Part shown: one piece after another, positions 21,016 to 34,143 of the stretch | Layout of the letters: every line of letters begins with the position of its first letter | Numbering within the stretch: the stretch's first letter is position 1 | Source: Neocallimastix sp. 'constans' | Taxonomy: Eukaryota | Assembly (NCBI GenBank): GCA_050613775.1 | Contig: JBODTK010000013.1 | Coordinates: forward strand, 1,178,001 to 1,242,000 | DNA length: 64,000 nt | Direction of reading: 5' to 3' | Program-made: the position numbers and the translations under genes | The notes under the pieces: generated by a model | Database searches by the model: none | What the model was told of the DNA's origin: nothing | What the model saw: only the letters and a program-made list of their open reading frames with translations

Positions 21016-22520
21016 CTAAGACAATCAATAGAGAGGAGGCTTCTTCTAAATGCTGGAATGTAAAGGACATTATAAAAGATAATTTTATTATCGTTTATGT
21101 ATCCTTCATATGTTCCCTTAAAGGTAGATTTTGTTGTTTCACCGTTGGCGAAAACAATAGACTCTTTATGTTTTACAATATCCTTTAAGCCTTTTAAATT
21201 ATTCGTCATATGACAAGATGCTCCAGAGTCTAAAGTCCAACAGATGAAATTATCTGGGTCATCAAGTTTCCCAGTTTCTTCTGTATAATAGTTTAGGTTA
21301 TGTTCTGGGAACTTGGAGTTTTTGTTTTCCTTATTGCCTCGGAGTACCTTTTTGAATTTCTACTCCATTCGATTCATTTTCTTCATTTGAGTTGTAATTA
21401 TCGGCAAAGAGGTCGTATTTACTCAAATCCTCTTCATGTGATTCTGCTGAAAATGACATCTTTTTATATTTAGAAACATATTTTCTATTATTATGTTTAT
21501 TGTTTGAAGGACAAAATTTTGCAATATGTCCTCTCTTCTTACATTTATAGCATATTCTTTTATCTTTATTATCTTCTCTATTAAAATTATTTATTTTATT
21601 GTTCTTTTTAATGTAGTTAGCTTCTGGCTTGGTATTATTATTCTCTCTATCTAATGATTCCTTTCTGCTTTTGTAACTGCTTGAGTGTTGGTACAACATC
21701 AATCATATATGCCATAAGATTATCCCATTTTTTTCTATGAAATATCATGTTTGATGTGATGTATATGTATGATGGAAGCATGTTATACAAGCATTTAAAT
21801 TTCTTTTCATCTGAATACACCTCCCCTAAATCTTCCAATTCTTCATACAAGTAATTAACATTAGATATGAATATGGCAAAGTCATCTTCCATATCATATT
21901 TTTTATTTTTTATTTTTTCTTTTATATCTTCTATTCTTTTCCTCTCTTGATTTTCTATAAGACTCTTTTAGAATGTTCCAGATCTCAAAACAAGTATAAG
22001 CACTGAAATTAATTTCTTCTTTTATTTGGTCGCTCACACTGTTGCTTAGAATGTATTTTGCATGTGCTTCATCGTTCAACATTTCATCTGTAACATTTAA
22101 ATCGTATACGAAACGAGTGCTACCCCTTACTCGTTTATATTTTGATCTGTCACCTATTGGTATGCTTACTAACTTAACCTTTTTAATTATATCTTCATAT
22201 ATATAATCGTCTAGACAATTCATTTCAAGAACATTTTCAATATCTGGTACCCAAATAGAATAATTTTCTATTCCTCTTAAAAGAGCTTTGGTACCAACGG
22301 CATTTGAAAAACGGCTTGTTTTTCTTTCCTTAATATTTTTATTTCTATCGGCATTAGTTAGTTCAAAAAGCGGTTGGTATTCTTCTTCATCTTCACTTGA
22401 AGTAGCTTCCTTTTTTTCTTTATTTTTGATACCAAAATCGCCCATTTTAAATTGTCTTGTTAAAGTTTTAATATTTAATTTTATAGGTGAAATTTTGCCA
22501 ATCGATTTTTTTAAGTCAAT

Positions 22521-22534
22521 TGAGACTCTTAATC
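22521..22534 (-). promoter_or_regulatory. PBS complementary to the anticodon arm of tRNA-Lys(CUU) (half-tRNA priming)
   Basis: Plus-strand TGAGACTCTTAATC abuts the 5' LTR and equals the typical eukaryotic tRNA-Lys(CTT) anticodon stem-loop TGAGA-CTCTTAA-TC. Confidence 0.8.
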
Positions 22535-24183
22535 TTTTATTTTATTTTACTATATTTTAGAACACTTTATTATTAATTATATTAATAATGCATACTTTTT
22601 ATATATACTTTTACATGGTAATACATATACTAATAAACGATTGAACCATATCTGTATCACATTAACAATCAATCATATATTTATATGATCTAGCCATAAT
22701 ACATTAGATACACAAAATACAATACATAAATTATACATATATTTAATCTAATACTTATACATAAAATATATTATTAATAGCTATAATTAATATAAAACTT
22801 TAATAAATAATTCATAATATTTTAACACTAAATAACATAAAATAAACAAATAATCATACCAATAAAAATGCTAAAAGATAATAATTATAAATTTAAATAG
22901 AAATTTTAATAATATTTTTTTTTTTAAATGCTAAAAAAAATAATAACATTATAACTTTGATTAATTAATTTAATAATTATTATTTATATTTTTAAATTAA
23001 AAATACTATTTATTTATAATGTAAATATGAAAAAGTTCTTATCTCTGGTTACTGAAAACTTTTTATACATATTTATAATATATATATTAAAATTAAAAGA
23101 AATTTATCTATATTTAATATTATTATATATTTAATCAAAGGAATTTAATGGTGAAGTAAAAATACTACACTATTAATAAGTATATATATATAAATTATTC
23201 ATACATAATATTATTATATATACTATTATTATTATTATATTATTATTATTGTTGTTGTTGTTATTATTTGTTATTATCTATCATAATAATTTATAAAAGT
23301 GACTAATATATATATATATTTTCACTTATCAATTAAGTACTAATTAATAATCATTTATATAAAAAAAATGACAAATTATAATTTATAAAGTAGTTATTAT
23401 TTGTTTTCTCATTTTTAGACATTTAAAAAAAGTTAATTTTAATTATATTACAATAAGAATTTTGACCAATAGTTAATATTAATAGTAATATTAACTACTG
23501 GTTTATCAAATATGAACAGATTTATTTATATATTGATATAGATTTATTTATATATTGATATAATTATAATAATATTAAAAAAGATATTTATGATAATATT
23601 ATTCTATCATTGTTCTAATAAATACTAATCAAATGGCTTATATTAAAATTAATAATAGTAATATTTAATATATTATATATTATATAACTCAATAACTAAA
23701 TAATAGTAAGTAATAAATATTAATAATTGATAAATAATTAAATAATATATGATAATTAAATAATAAATTATAAAATAATATAAGTAATAAATAACTAAAT
23801 AATAATAAATCATGAATCTAATAAATAAATAATAAATAATAAGTAATTAAATAATAAATAATAAATAATAAATAATAAATTAGTAATTGAACAATTAAAT
23901 AAGCAAATAAGTAAATAAATAAAAAATATATAATTAATAATTATTTAATAATTAAATTATTAATATTATATAATATATACTAAATAAAATAAAGAATAAT
24001 GAATTAAAATCATTATTGACATGTTTATTATTAGTCATTAACGTGTTAATAATTCTGTTAATTAAAATAAAAAAAAAATTAATAAAATAAAAAATAATAA
24101 TATAATTTAATTTTCATAATTTTACATATAAAAAAAATAGGGATATTTTATTAGAGTGTTTTATATTCTAACATATGAAAGTA

Positions 24184-24226
<43 letters not shown>

Positions 24227-24372
24227 ATTTTGTTATATTAATTTTTTTTTCTGGATATTACCTTTTATGTATAAATCATTTAATCATTTATTAAAAAATT
24301 ATTTACTAATTATTTATTTATTTACTAATTATTTATTTATTTATTATTATTATTTATTTATTTATTTAGTAT

Positions 24373-24419
<47 letters not shown>

Positions 24420-25202
24420 TTATTTATTTATTTATTATATAAAATTTTAATTTTAATTATAATTTTAATTTTTTTTTTTTTTTTAAATATATGAGTTATG
24501 GCTTTATTTCTATTGTTTATACATATATTATCAATCAATTTGTTCTTCCCTTTGGAATAGCTTCACATTTAATTTTTTTTTTTTTAATTCATTTTAATTT
24601 ATAATTTTTAATTTATAATTTTTAATTTATAATTTTTAATTTATAATTTTTAATTTATAATTTTAATTTATAATTTTTTTTTCATATATAATTTTTAAAA
24701 TATAAACCCAAATAAAAAATAAAAATTTTAAATTTTAAACTTTAAAATTTGGTGGTTTATTCATTTAAATACTCAAATATTCCTTTGTATACATTGTATT
24801 TCATTATAATTTATTCCTAAATGATTAATTATTAGTCAATAAGTTAAAAAAAAAAACTAATTCTTATATTCTAAATTAAATGGATAAATATTTATATCAT
24901 ATATTAATCGATTGCTAATAAAATTACTAATTAAATAATAAATAATGAAATAATAAATAATGGAATAATAAAATAATAAATAACTAATAATAAATAATAT
25001 ATAAATTTAAAATAATTGTTAATAATTTTCATTGATAAGTATAAAATTATTTAATAATAAAATTATAAATTAGAGACAGAATTAAAACCTTTTTTTTTTT
25101 TTTTATTTTATTATTAAAAAGCATATAATATATACAATAAATATAATCAAATATTCAAATTTTATATTAAATAGAATAATAGGAAATTTAAAATAAAAAA
25201 GA

Positions 25203-25249
<47 letters not shown>

Positions 25250-25484
25250 AAAAAGAAAAAAAAAGAAAAAAGTACAGTTAGTTAATAATATTTCATATTA
25301 TTTAAACTTTACATTTTTTTATTTTAATTTTTAATTTTAAATATTTTATATTATTAATTATTTATAATTTTATATAGTATATTTTTAAATTTTAGTTTAT
25401 TTCAGTTTGGTTTAATATATAAAATAAAATAATAATAATAATAATAATAAAATAAAAAAATAAAATAAAATAAAATAAAAATCG

Positions 25485-25526
<42 letters not shown>

Positions 25527-26397
25527 ATTATTTAATATAATAATCAAATATGAAATATTTATTATATATATATATAATAATTAACCATAAATAATATATA
25601 TTTATATGGAAAGTTAATCTATATAATATAAAAATAATTTCATTATTTATTTAAAATTTATATAAATACTTTCCTTTTTCCAATATTTTAACACTTTTTT
25701 TTTCTTCTAATTTTAAATTATCATTTTATCGTTATTATTTATTACCTAATTTAATCAGCATGGAAATATGTTAAAATAAAATAAAAAATATACCATATTA
25801 ATAAATAAAAAAATAATTATATATATTATAATATTTATGTATATAAACTAATTTAAAATTAAACAAAAAAAATATTTATTAATTATTATATATAAATATA
25901 AGAAATATTAAAATAAACGAAAAGAACTTTTATTAACTCCAATTAATTAAGAATAAATTGTATAATTGTATATATAAATTTAATATAAAAAAAATAAAAA
26001 TTTTAAAATTTCATATTATATAAAATTCAAATAAAAATTTCATTTCATTTCAATCACTCATTTTTTAAAAAATAATTGTATATAATAAAATTCAGCAAGT
26101 AATGTCAAATTTTTTAAATATTTATTCTTTCATTTTATTTTTAAAAAATAATTATTAATATATTTTTATATTTTATTCCTAAAGAAAATAATAATTAAAA
26201 TATATATATATATTTTAATTAGTAAATAGAATTATTTTATCATATTATATAAGAACAATATATTTATAAATATAAATTTATAAATGTATTGTTCTTATTT
26301 TTATTCCTTTTTTTTTTTTTTAACATTATTATATTATTTAATTTTATTCAAAATACTTATGAAAAAAAATAAGTATAATTCTTATTAAAATTATTAT

Positions 26398-26436
<39 letters not shown>

Positions 26437-26478
26437 TATAATGTTTTCAATTATCCAATATATATATTCCATTTAGAA

Positions 26479-28201
26479 ATGTTAATGTGTTCAGCCCTTA
26501 ATATGAATATTCCGGAAATCCCACCGGTTATTAAACCACCAAGTAATAATTGTAAAGTTAAACGTATTATATTTTGTAGACATGCTGAGACGACACCTAA
26601 TGCTAGTTTTCAATTACAAGGCTCAGGTATAAATGAAAGTCTCAATTCTAAAGGTATTAACCAAGCAGAAGCATTGGCAAGACGTTTAGCTAGTCAAGAT
26701 ATTGAAGTCATAATTACTAGTAATTTAAGAGTAATTAATTAAAAATTGATATTTAAATTTTTAAAAAGTTTTTTTTTTTTTTTTATAAAAAAAAAAAAAA
26801 GAAAATAATAATAATATATTAAATATTAAATATTATATTTATAAATATATATTTTTATATATTTTTATATTTATATATGTATTTTATTATTATTATTATT
26901 ATATGAAATTTTAAGAGAGCAGTTCAAACAAGTGAAATTATTGCTGATGTCTATCCAAAGCCACTTAAAATTATTGTATGAATAAAATTTAAATTTATAG
27001 ATAATAATTGATTTAATCCTTTTTATTTAAAAAAAAAAAAAAAAAAAAAAAAATCATTAATCATTAATTATTATTATCTATTATATATTTATTAATTATA
27101 TGAAATAGGAAGAACCAGAATTAAGAGAAATTTCTTGGGGTGTGTGGGAAGGTATGGTATGCCCAGATCTTCAATCTTTATTAGAGATATGGCAATCAGG
27201 AGATTTTACAGGTATACTTCAATAATAATAATAATAATATACAAGGATTGTATTTTTAATAGTAATGATAATGATAAATAATATAAAAAGATTGTATTTT
27301 TAATAATAATGACAATATAAAAAAAAGATGGCATTTTTAATTATAATGACAATATAAAAAAAAAGATGGCATTTTTAATAATGAGAATATAAAATGATGG
27401 CATTTTTTAAAATTATAAAAACATAAATAATAATAATTTAAATTTATTTAAATAAACAATATATTGTATTAAATAGCTAGTGCTCCCGGTGGAGAAACTC
27501 CTCTTGATGTTAGAGACAGAGTTCTTCCAATAATATATTCTTTATTAAAACGGCCAGAAAAGACAATATTGGTTGTTCGTAAGTTTTTTTTTTTTTTTAT
27601 TCTTCTTTTCTTCAATAATATCATATTTATTAAAATAATATGTATTTAATATCTAATTTTATCCAATTTGTTGTTTCAATTTATAATAATAATTTTAAAT
27701 AAATAATTAATTTGTGAATATATATATATATATATATATATATTCTAAATAGTTCATGGAAGAATATTACGTATTTTATTATCATCTATTCTATATGGTA
27801 ATCTATATCATATGCAATCATTTCATCATCGAAATACTTGTGTCAATGTAGTAGATGTATATTATGAACCAGTTAAGAACAAGAATAGTCCAACATCTTT
27901 AGCTAATTTGTCCAGTGTAAAAACCTACGAACCAAAAAGAAAACAACTTTATCCGTTAGTTAAAAGTCTTTCTGGTGGTGGCATCATCATATCACCTGTA
28001 GGATTAAATAAAAAAACAAATTATTATGGTAATGGTAACGGTTCATTTAGAATGATATCAAAAAATAATGAAAATAAAAGTAATTTTAATGATCGAGAAA
28101 CACCTATTTTTGATGTTGATCTTTCGGGTAATGATTATAAAGTTAAATTTATGCCTATAATTCTTGATAGTGTGGAACATTTAACAGCTGATTTATATTA
28201 A
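26479..28201 (+). CDS. Histidine phosphatase / phosphoglycerate mutase-like protein, 5 coding exons (26479-26730, 26916-26975, 27109-27211, 27477-27578, 27753-28201)
   Basis: GT-AG splicing gives a continuous frame with CRHAET, L...G..QA, TSNLRRAVQT, LREISWGVWEG, PGGET, VVLHG. An additional upstream exon cannot be excluded (AG just before the ATG). Confidence 0.9.
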
Positions 28202-28340
28202 GATAATAAGAATAAAATTCAATAATTATTTCATTTAAAAAAAAATTATATATTAAATATATTAAATATTATATATGTTATTTTTTTTATGAAATATTAT
28301 ATTATACTTTATATTTATTTAATTATTTATTTTATTTCTA

Positions 28341-28378
<38 letters not shown>

Positions 28379-28612
28379 ATATTGTTCTAAATTTTCATGA
28401 TATTCTTTCTTTTATACCTTTTAATAATTTATTATTATTACTATTATTTTCTTTTCATAATTATTTAGTATTAAATATTATTATATATAATACCAATAAA
28501 TATAATATATATAATAATAATTGAAATAATAATAAGATAATAATAATAACTAAAAAGGAATTAAATAAGAAAGAATGTTATATATATACATATATATAAT
28601 GAAAATATAGAA

Positions 28613-28657
<45 letters not shown>

Positions 28658-28864
28658 ATGAAATATAATAATCTTAATAATAATAACAATAATAAATACT
28701 ATACTGGATTAATATTTTATATATAGCTTTTAAATTAAAATAATTATATATATATTAATAAATTTCATTAATATTACATGGATTGTCTTCAATTTTTCAT
28801 TATTTCGATTTAATTAATTTTTCTTTCTTACTAATATTAATATTTGTTATTATAATTTATTAAT

Positions 28865-28895
<31 letters not shown>

Positions 28896-31370
28896 CTTTA
28901 TATATAATATATATATAATTATATATATATAAAAAAGTTATTAGCGTTATTTAAAAGTAGGTAGTAGTAATAATTTATATAAATTTTTAAATATAATTAT
29001 ACAAAAAAAAAAAAAAAAAACGAATAATATAAAATAAAAAATAAAATAATATAAAATAATAATATTAATAATAATAATAATAATGGTAATACAAAAAAAA
29101 ATAAAAAATAATAATAAATAACAAAAAAAAAAAATAAAATAAAATAAAATTATAAAAATAAATAATTAAATAATAATTAAAAAAAAAAAAAAATTGTTAT
29201 AAATAAATAATTAAATAATAATAATAATAATAATAAATTAAAAAATAAAAAATAAAAATAAAATAAAAAATTAAAAGTAATAAAATAATTACATATATAA
29301 AAGTCTTTTTTTTTTTGAGGAAAGACTATCTAAATTCTCGTCATACCGATGTTTGATGATTAAAAAAAAAAAAAGAAAAAAAATTAAAAATATTGTGTAA
29401 TGAATGTTTTTAGTACAATTTGTATATTGTAGTTTTTTTTTTGTTTTTTGTTTGTTTGTAATTGATATTTTATTTTAACAAAGTTATTAAAAAAATTTTT
29501 TTTTTTTTAGATGGTTATATAATGGTGATACTTTTTTTCTTTTCTTTTTTTTTTTTTTTTGTACATTTCTATAGGAATTGATTCGTTCCAGCACATGTAC
29601 TTCTTTCAAAAAAAAAAAAAAAAAAAATTTTTTTATTTAATATCTCTTCATGGATGAATCACTCATGTATCGTAGTATTTATAACGTTATATTTATCACG
29701 TATTATTTTTTTTTTGGTTGGTTATGTAATTATGATAATTTTTGTATATATATATATATATTCTTAGAAGAATTGATTCGTTCCACCTTTTGTATTTTTT
29801 TATTTTTTTTTTTTTTTAATATACCTTTAATATTTAATTTTTAATATCCTTTTATATTATATATATATATATATATTAATTTATTTTTTTTATTAATAAT
29901 TTCATTTCTTCACCAATAACTATATGATAAAGTATTTTTTTTTTTGATATCAAGTACAAACAACAAAAAAAAAAAAAAAATTAAAAATAAAAATACAATT
30001 TATATGAAATCTTAAAATGATCCATTTGGGGGGAGAAAAAAGACTGTCTTTATTAGTAATATCTTTCAATCAACTTTCAAAAGAGTGTCTTCTTTTTCTT
30101 TTTTCTTATTTTCATATTTTATAGGGTTTGCAGAATTCCTTATTAATGGAATGCCAATGCCCATTGTAAAGAGTGATTCTTTAACAAACTATAAATAATT
30201 TATATACCATTAGACCTACTTTAGACTTACTGTTGCCAAGATCGTCGACATGATAAGACAAAAAAAAAATAAAAAAAGAAATCCCGATACAGATTCAAAA
30301 ATTCGAATAATAATTTTTATTCATATAGGGAATAACCATCAATAAATGAAAGGAGTTAGAAGCCATTTTCATTCCTCGAAACTTATAATGTAGTTTTTTA
30401 ATATATTAATATAAAAAAAAATTTTTTTTTCATATATTTTATTTTCATATATTTTTTTTATTGTTATTATTTTTTTTATTATTTTTATTACTATTTTAAC
30501 TTTTTTTTTTTTTTTAAATTATTCTTATTATCTTTTTAATTATAATTAAAAATATATCTTTTATATTATCATAAAAATAAAAATAAAAACAAATAAATAA
30601 TAAATAATATAAAAAAATATATTGATATATATATAATTGAATAGTAACAATAATAATAATTTATAATATTGTATATATAATAATAATGCAATTGACTATA
30701 AAAAAATTAAAAAAGTAATAATACTAGATTTATCACTATCCAAATATTATTTTTGCTAATAATATATTATAATCAATAAAAAAAAATTATATAAAAAAAA
30801 GAGGATATAAATTTTTATATACATTGAAAATAAATTTTGTAAAATAAGAAATAATTTTAAGCTATTGTCTATTTAAGTATTTAAATAGTTAAATAATTCA
30901 AAGGTAAACAATACTTTTTGTAAATTTTTAATATGAATGGATTTTTTTTTTTTGAATTATATTATTTATTACCTTTCCTTTCTTTAATACTAAATAACAC
31001 TAAATAATAATAAATAAAAAATAACGCTAATAATTTTATTTATATATATTTAAGTTAAAATATATATATATAATAGCATATACAATAACTATGAAGATAA
31101 TAAAAAATTTATGTTATGGTCAAGGCTTATAGATTAACCCCTAAAAGGGGGGAAAAGAAACTTTGAGTTTTTACATTGTTAGGATTAGGTTTCCATTTAG
31201 AGGTCTTTACAGAGCAACGACATTTAATAATAAGGGGTCAACTATAAATAAGTTATATAATTACAGCCAGACTAAGGGGGCAGAGCATTACCGTGGGATT
31301 TTTCTAAGATGTTTCCTCACATTTTAATGGTATATTCTGAACTTAACTAGGATGGGATCATTCCCTGTAG

Positions 31371-31498
31371 TACCAAAATTTAGTTATCAAATTTTCATTA
31401 CAAGAACTTTTAATAAAGCATTGAATTATTATTAGACTTCTTCTTTTTCTATATTAAAAAATAAAGAGCAAACAACTTATGAAATATTATTTGAAGAA

Positions 31499-31531
<33 letters not shown>

Positions 31532-32729
31532 CTAATAAATATAATAGTATTGAAATTACACAAAAAGTATTTCATTGAGACTTTTTCAAAATCTCAATCT
31601 AATGCTGAAGAAAAAGTTTTTCCTTTTGTAAATATTAAATATTGTATATGGCATTTTAAAAGAGTATTAGAAATTCAAAAAAAAAAAAAAATAATTATGT
31701 GATAATAGAGTTGAAAAAATAAAAGAATCTATATATTTATTACGAACTTTCCTTTTATTAATTCTGTATATATATATGATATTTAAAATAAAATAAAAAA
31801 TGAGTGCCAAGAACATAATAATGCTCAATTTTTAGAATTTTTAGAATATTTAAAAAAAAAAAAAAATCTATATAATTAGCTATGAAACTGAAAATTGGAA
31901 TCATTATTATAATATTGAGCATATTATAAATAATTTTTCAGAATCTTTTAATAAATACTTAAAAAATATTTTCAAAAAAAATCAACCTTTTTTCAATTAT
32001 TATCAGAATTGCAAGAAGGCGAATCCAAATATTACAATGAATACGAAAGGAGAACTGATAGAAATTATTTTTTTTTTTTAAAAAAAAAAAAATTAATACG
32101 GACTGAGGAAATCAAGGCTTTAATTAAATATTAACAAAAATATGGAAACTCCATAAAAAAAAAAAAAAAAAAAAGGAATGTGTCAAGAAATGAGAAAGGA
32201 TTTCATTGAATTATGATTAAAATGCTTAAAATGATTTAAATATTAAAATTATTAATTAATAACAAATTATTAAGAAATAACAGAAAATTGATCAAATGAA
32301 TTCTGTCGTACATAATTATAATTTATTAATAGTTAAAATTATTTTAAAAAAGAGAATAAATGAATAAAAATACCATAATGATTAAAATATTTTTTGATCA
32401 TTTTTGGATTAGGTTAGCTTAAGAACATTAAAATATATTTTTATAATTAAAATATTGTTATTATAATATATATTTTTTTTATAAAATATAAAAATATACC
32501 GTTATAATTATTTTAATATTTTGTAAAAACAAAATATTAAAATATATAATTAAATTATAAATAATTATTTTATTACTATTTTACAAAATATTAAAAATAT
32601 ACTATTTGTAAAAATAATATTAAAATAATATTGTATTGAATAAATATTATAAAAAAAATTTTAAAAAACAAATTTTGAATTTTTATTTATTTATATCAAT
32701 ACGCCACTTGGCGAAATGCAACACTCTCC
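31371..32729 (+). mobile_element. Degenerate Mutator-like (MULE) remnant: 3' half of the transposase plus right TIR
   Basis: Similar to 45490-46330 (KNKEQTTYEILFEE, IKYCIWHF, SESFN) with many frameshifts; ends CGAAATGCAACACTCTCC, matching the family TIR. Confidence 0.75.
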
Positions 32730-33165
32730 TCAAATATAGCTTTAAAATTAAATATTATTAAATATTACCTCATTATTTTGTTATTTATTAGAAATTTAAT
32801 TATTATTATTTATTTATCAAATGTAATTTAAGATACTCTTACATGAATGGTTTATTAAAGTACAAATATAAATAAGTCAATGCAAGTATATTGCATTAAA
32901 ACACTACTAACATATATCTATTTTAACATATATACATATATTATTAAAATAGATATATGTTAGTAAATAAATTAAACATATTTACATATATTATTTAATT
33001 TACATCTACATAAAGCCATGTTCCAAAATGCAGCGTTCCAAAATGCAGCGTTCCAGGCTTATGTATGATTCAAGTACAGATTAACCGTTTGATTCGACTT
33101 GATCATAAAGGACTGTATCCCTTGGCCATTCCTAATGATGGTACTCAAACTATTTCCCTTTTTTA

Positions 33166-33289
<124 letters not shown>

Positions 33290-33314
33290 TATATATATAT
33301 AATCATGTAATTAT

Positions 33315-33833
33315 GGGAGTGATGCATTTCGTAACGTTACATTTCAGAATGTTTTATTTCATTGTGTGGCTTTATATAAAATGCGGCGTGTAATAACAAA
33401 CCATTCATGTAAGAGTGGCTTAAATAATATTGATAAATAAATAATAATCTTTAAATTTCTAATAAATAATATTCAATTTTAAAGATTTATTTTAATTTTT
33501 TTTGTTATAATAATAAAATAATATTTAATAATATCTAATTTTAAAGTTATATTTAAGAATTTTTATTAATTGTAATAATATTCTTTATAATTTATTATTT
33601 ATTTATTTTATTAATTTTTATTTATTTTATTCAATTTTTTTTTTTTTTAATGATACAATTATAAATAACATGTTTATGAGAAAATTAAAAAAAAATTAAC
33701 CCTTTATATTTACTTTTATTTTTATTTATTTATTTATTTATTTATTTATAATTATTTAAAAAAAAATAAAAATGTGGGGCGTTAAATTAAATTATTTTAA
33801 TTTATAAGTTACGTTCCGAAATGCAACCTATTT
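33315..33833. mobile_element. Non-autonomous MULE-derived MITE
   Basis: Left GGGAGTGATGCATTTCGTAACGTTAC and right GTTACGTTCCGAAATGC (15/17 inverted match); same TIR core as 44414-46936; no coding capacity. Confidence 0.6.
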
Positions 33834-34100
33834 CATAAATTAGAGATTTACATTAATATAAATAAATGAATGAATAAATAAATAAAAATTCAAAATATGT
33901 TTTTTTAAAACTTTTTAATTGACAAGCGTTAACCCTTTAATTAAAGTTTGACCATTCCTCTACTTTTACATTTAAAATAAATTTGTACAATAAATGAGTT
34001 CAATTAATTGTCATTTTCCAATTTTTACTGTAAATAATTATATTATTTTAAATGTACATGGAATAAAAATTTTTATTATTAAGATATTAGTTATAATTAA

Positions 34101-34143
<43 letters not shown>

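Larger units (their letters stand above)
15800..22445 (-). pseudogene. Frameshifted Copia gag-pol of element C
   Basis: Fragments: CYKCKKRGHIAKFC, WTLDSGASCHM, LWHRRLGH...CEVC, IHMD/LDDYSRY, KARLVARGF, LDVKAAYL, YVDD, YVDADY, KHIDIKYH. Several frameshifts and two insertions. Confidence 0.92.
15485..22827 (-). mobile_element. Ty1/Copia element 'C', degenerate, with two solo-LTR insertions
   Basis: 293-bp LTRs 15485-15777 and 22535-22827 (2 differences seen), TSD CTAAA (15480-15484, 22828-22832), PPT AGGGGGAA, domain order gag-PR-IN-RT-RH. Confidence 0.94.
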
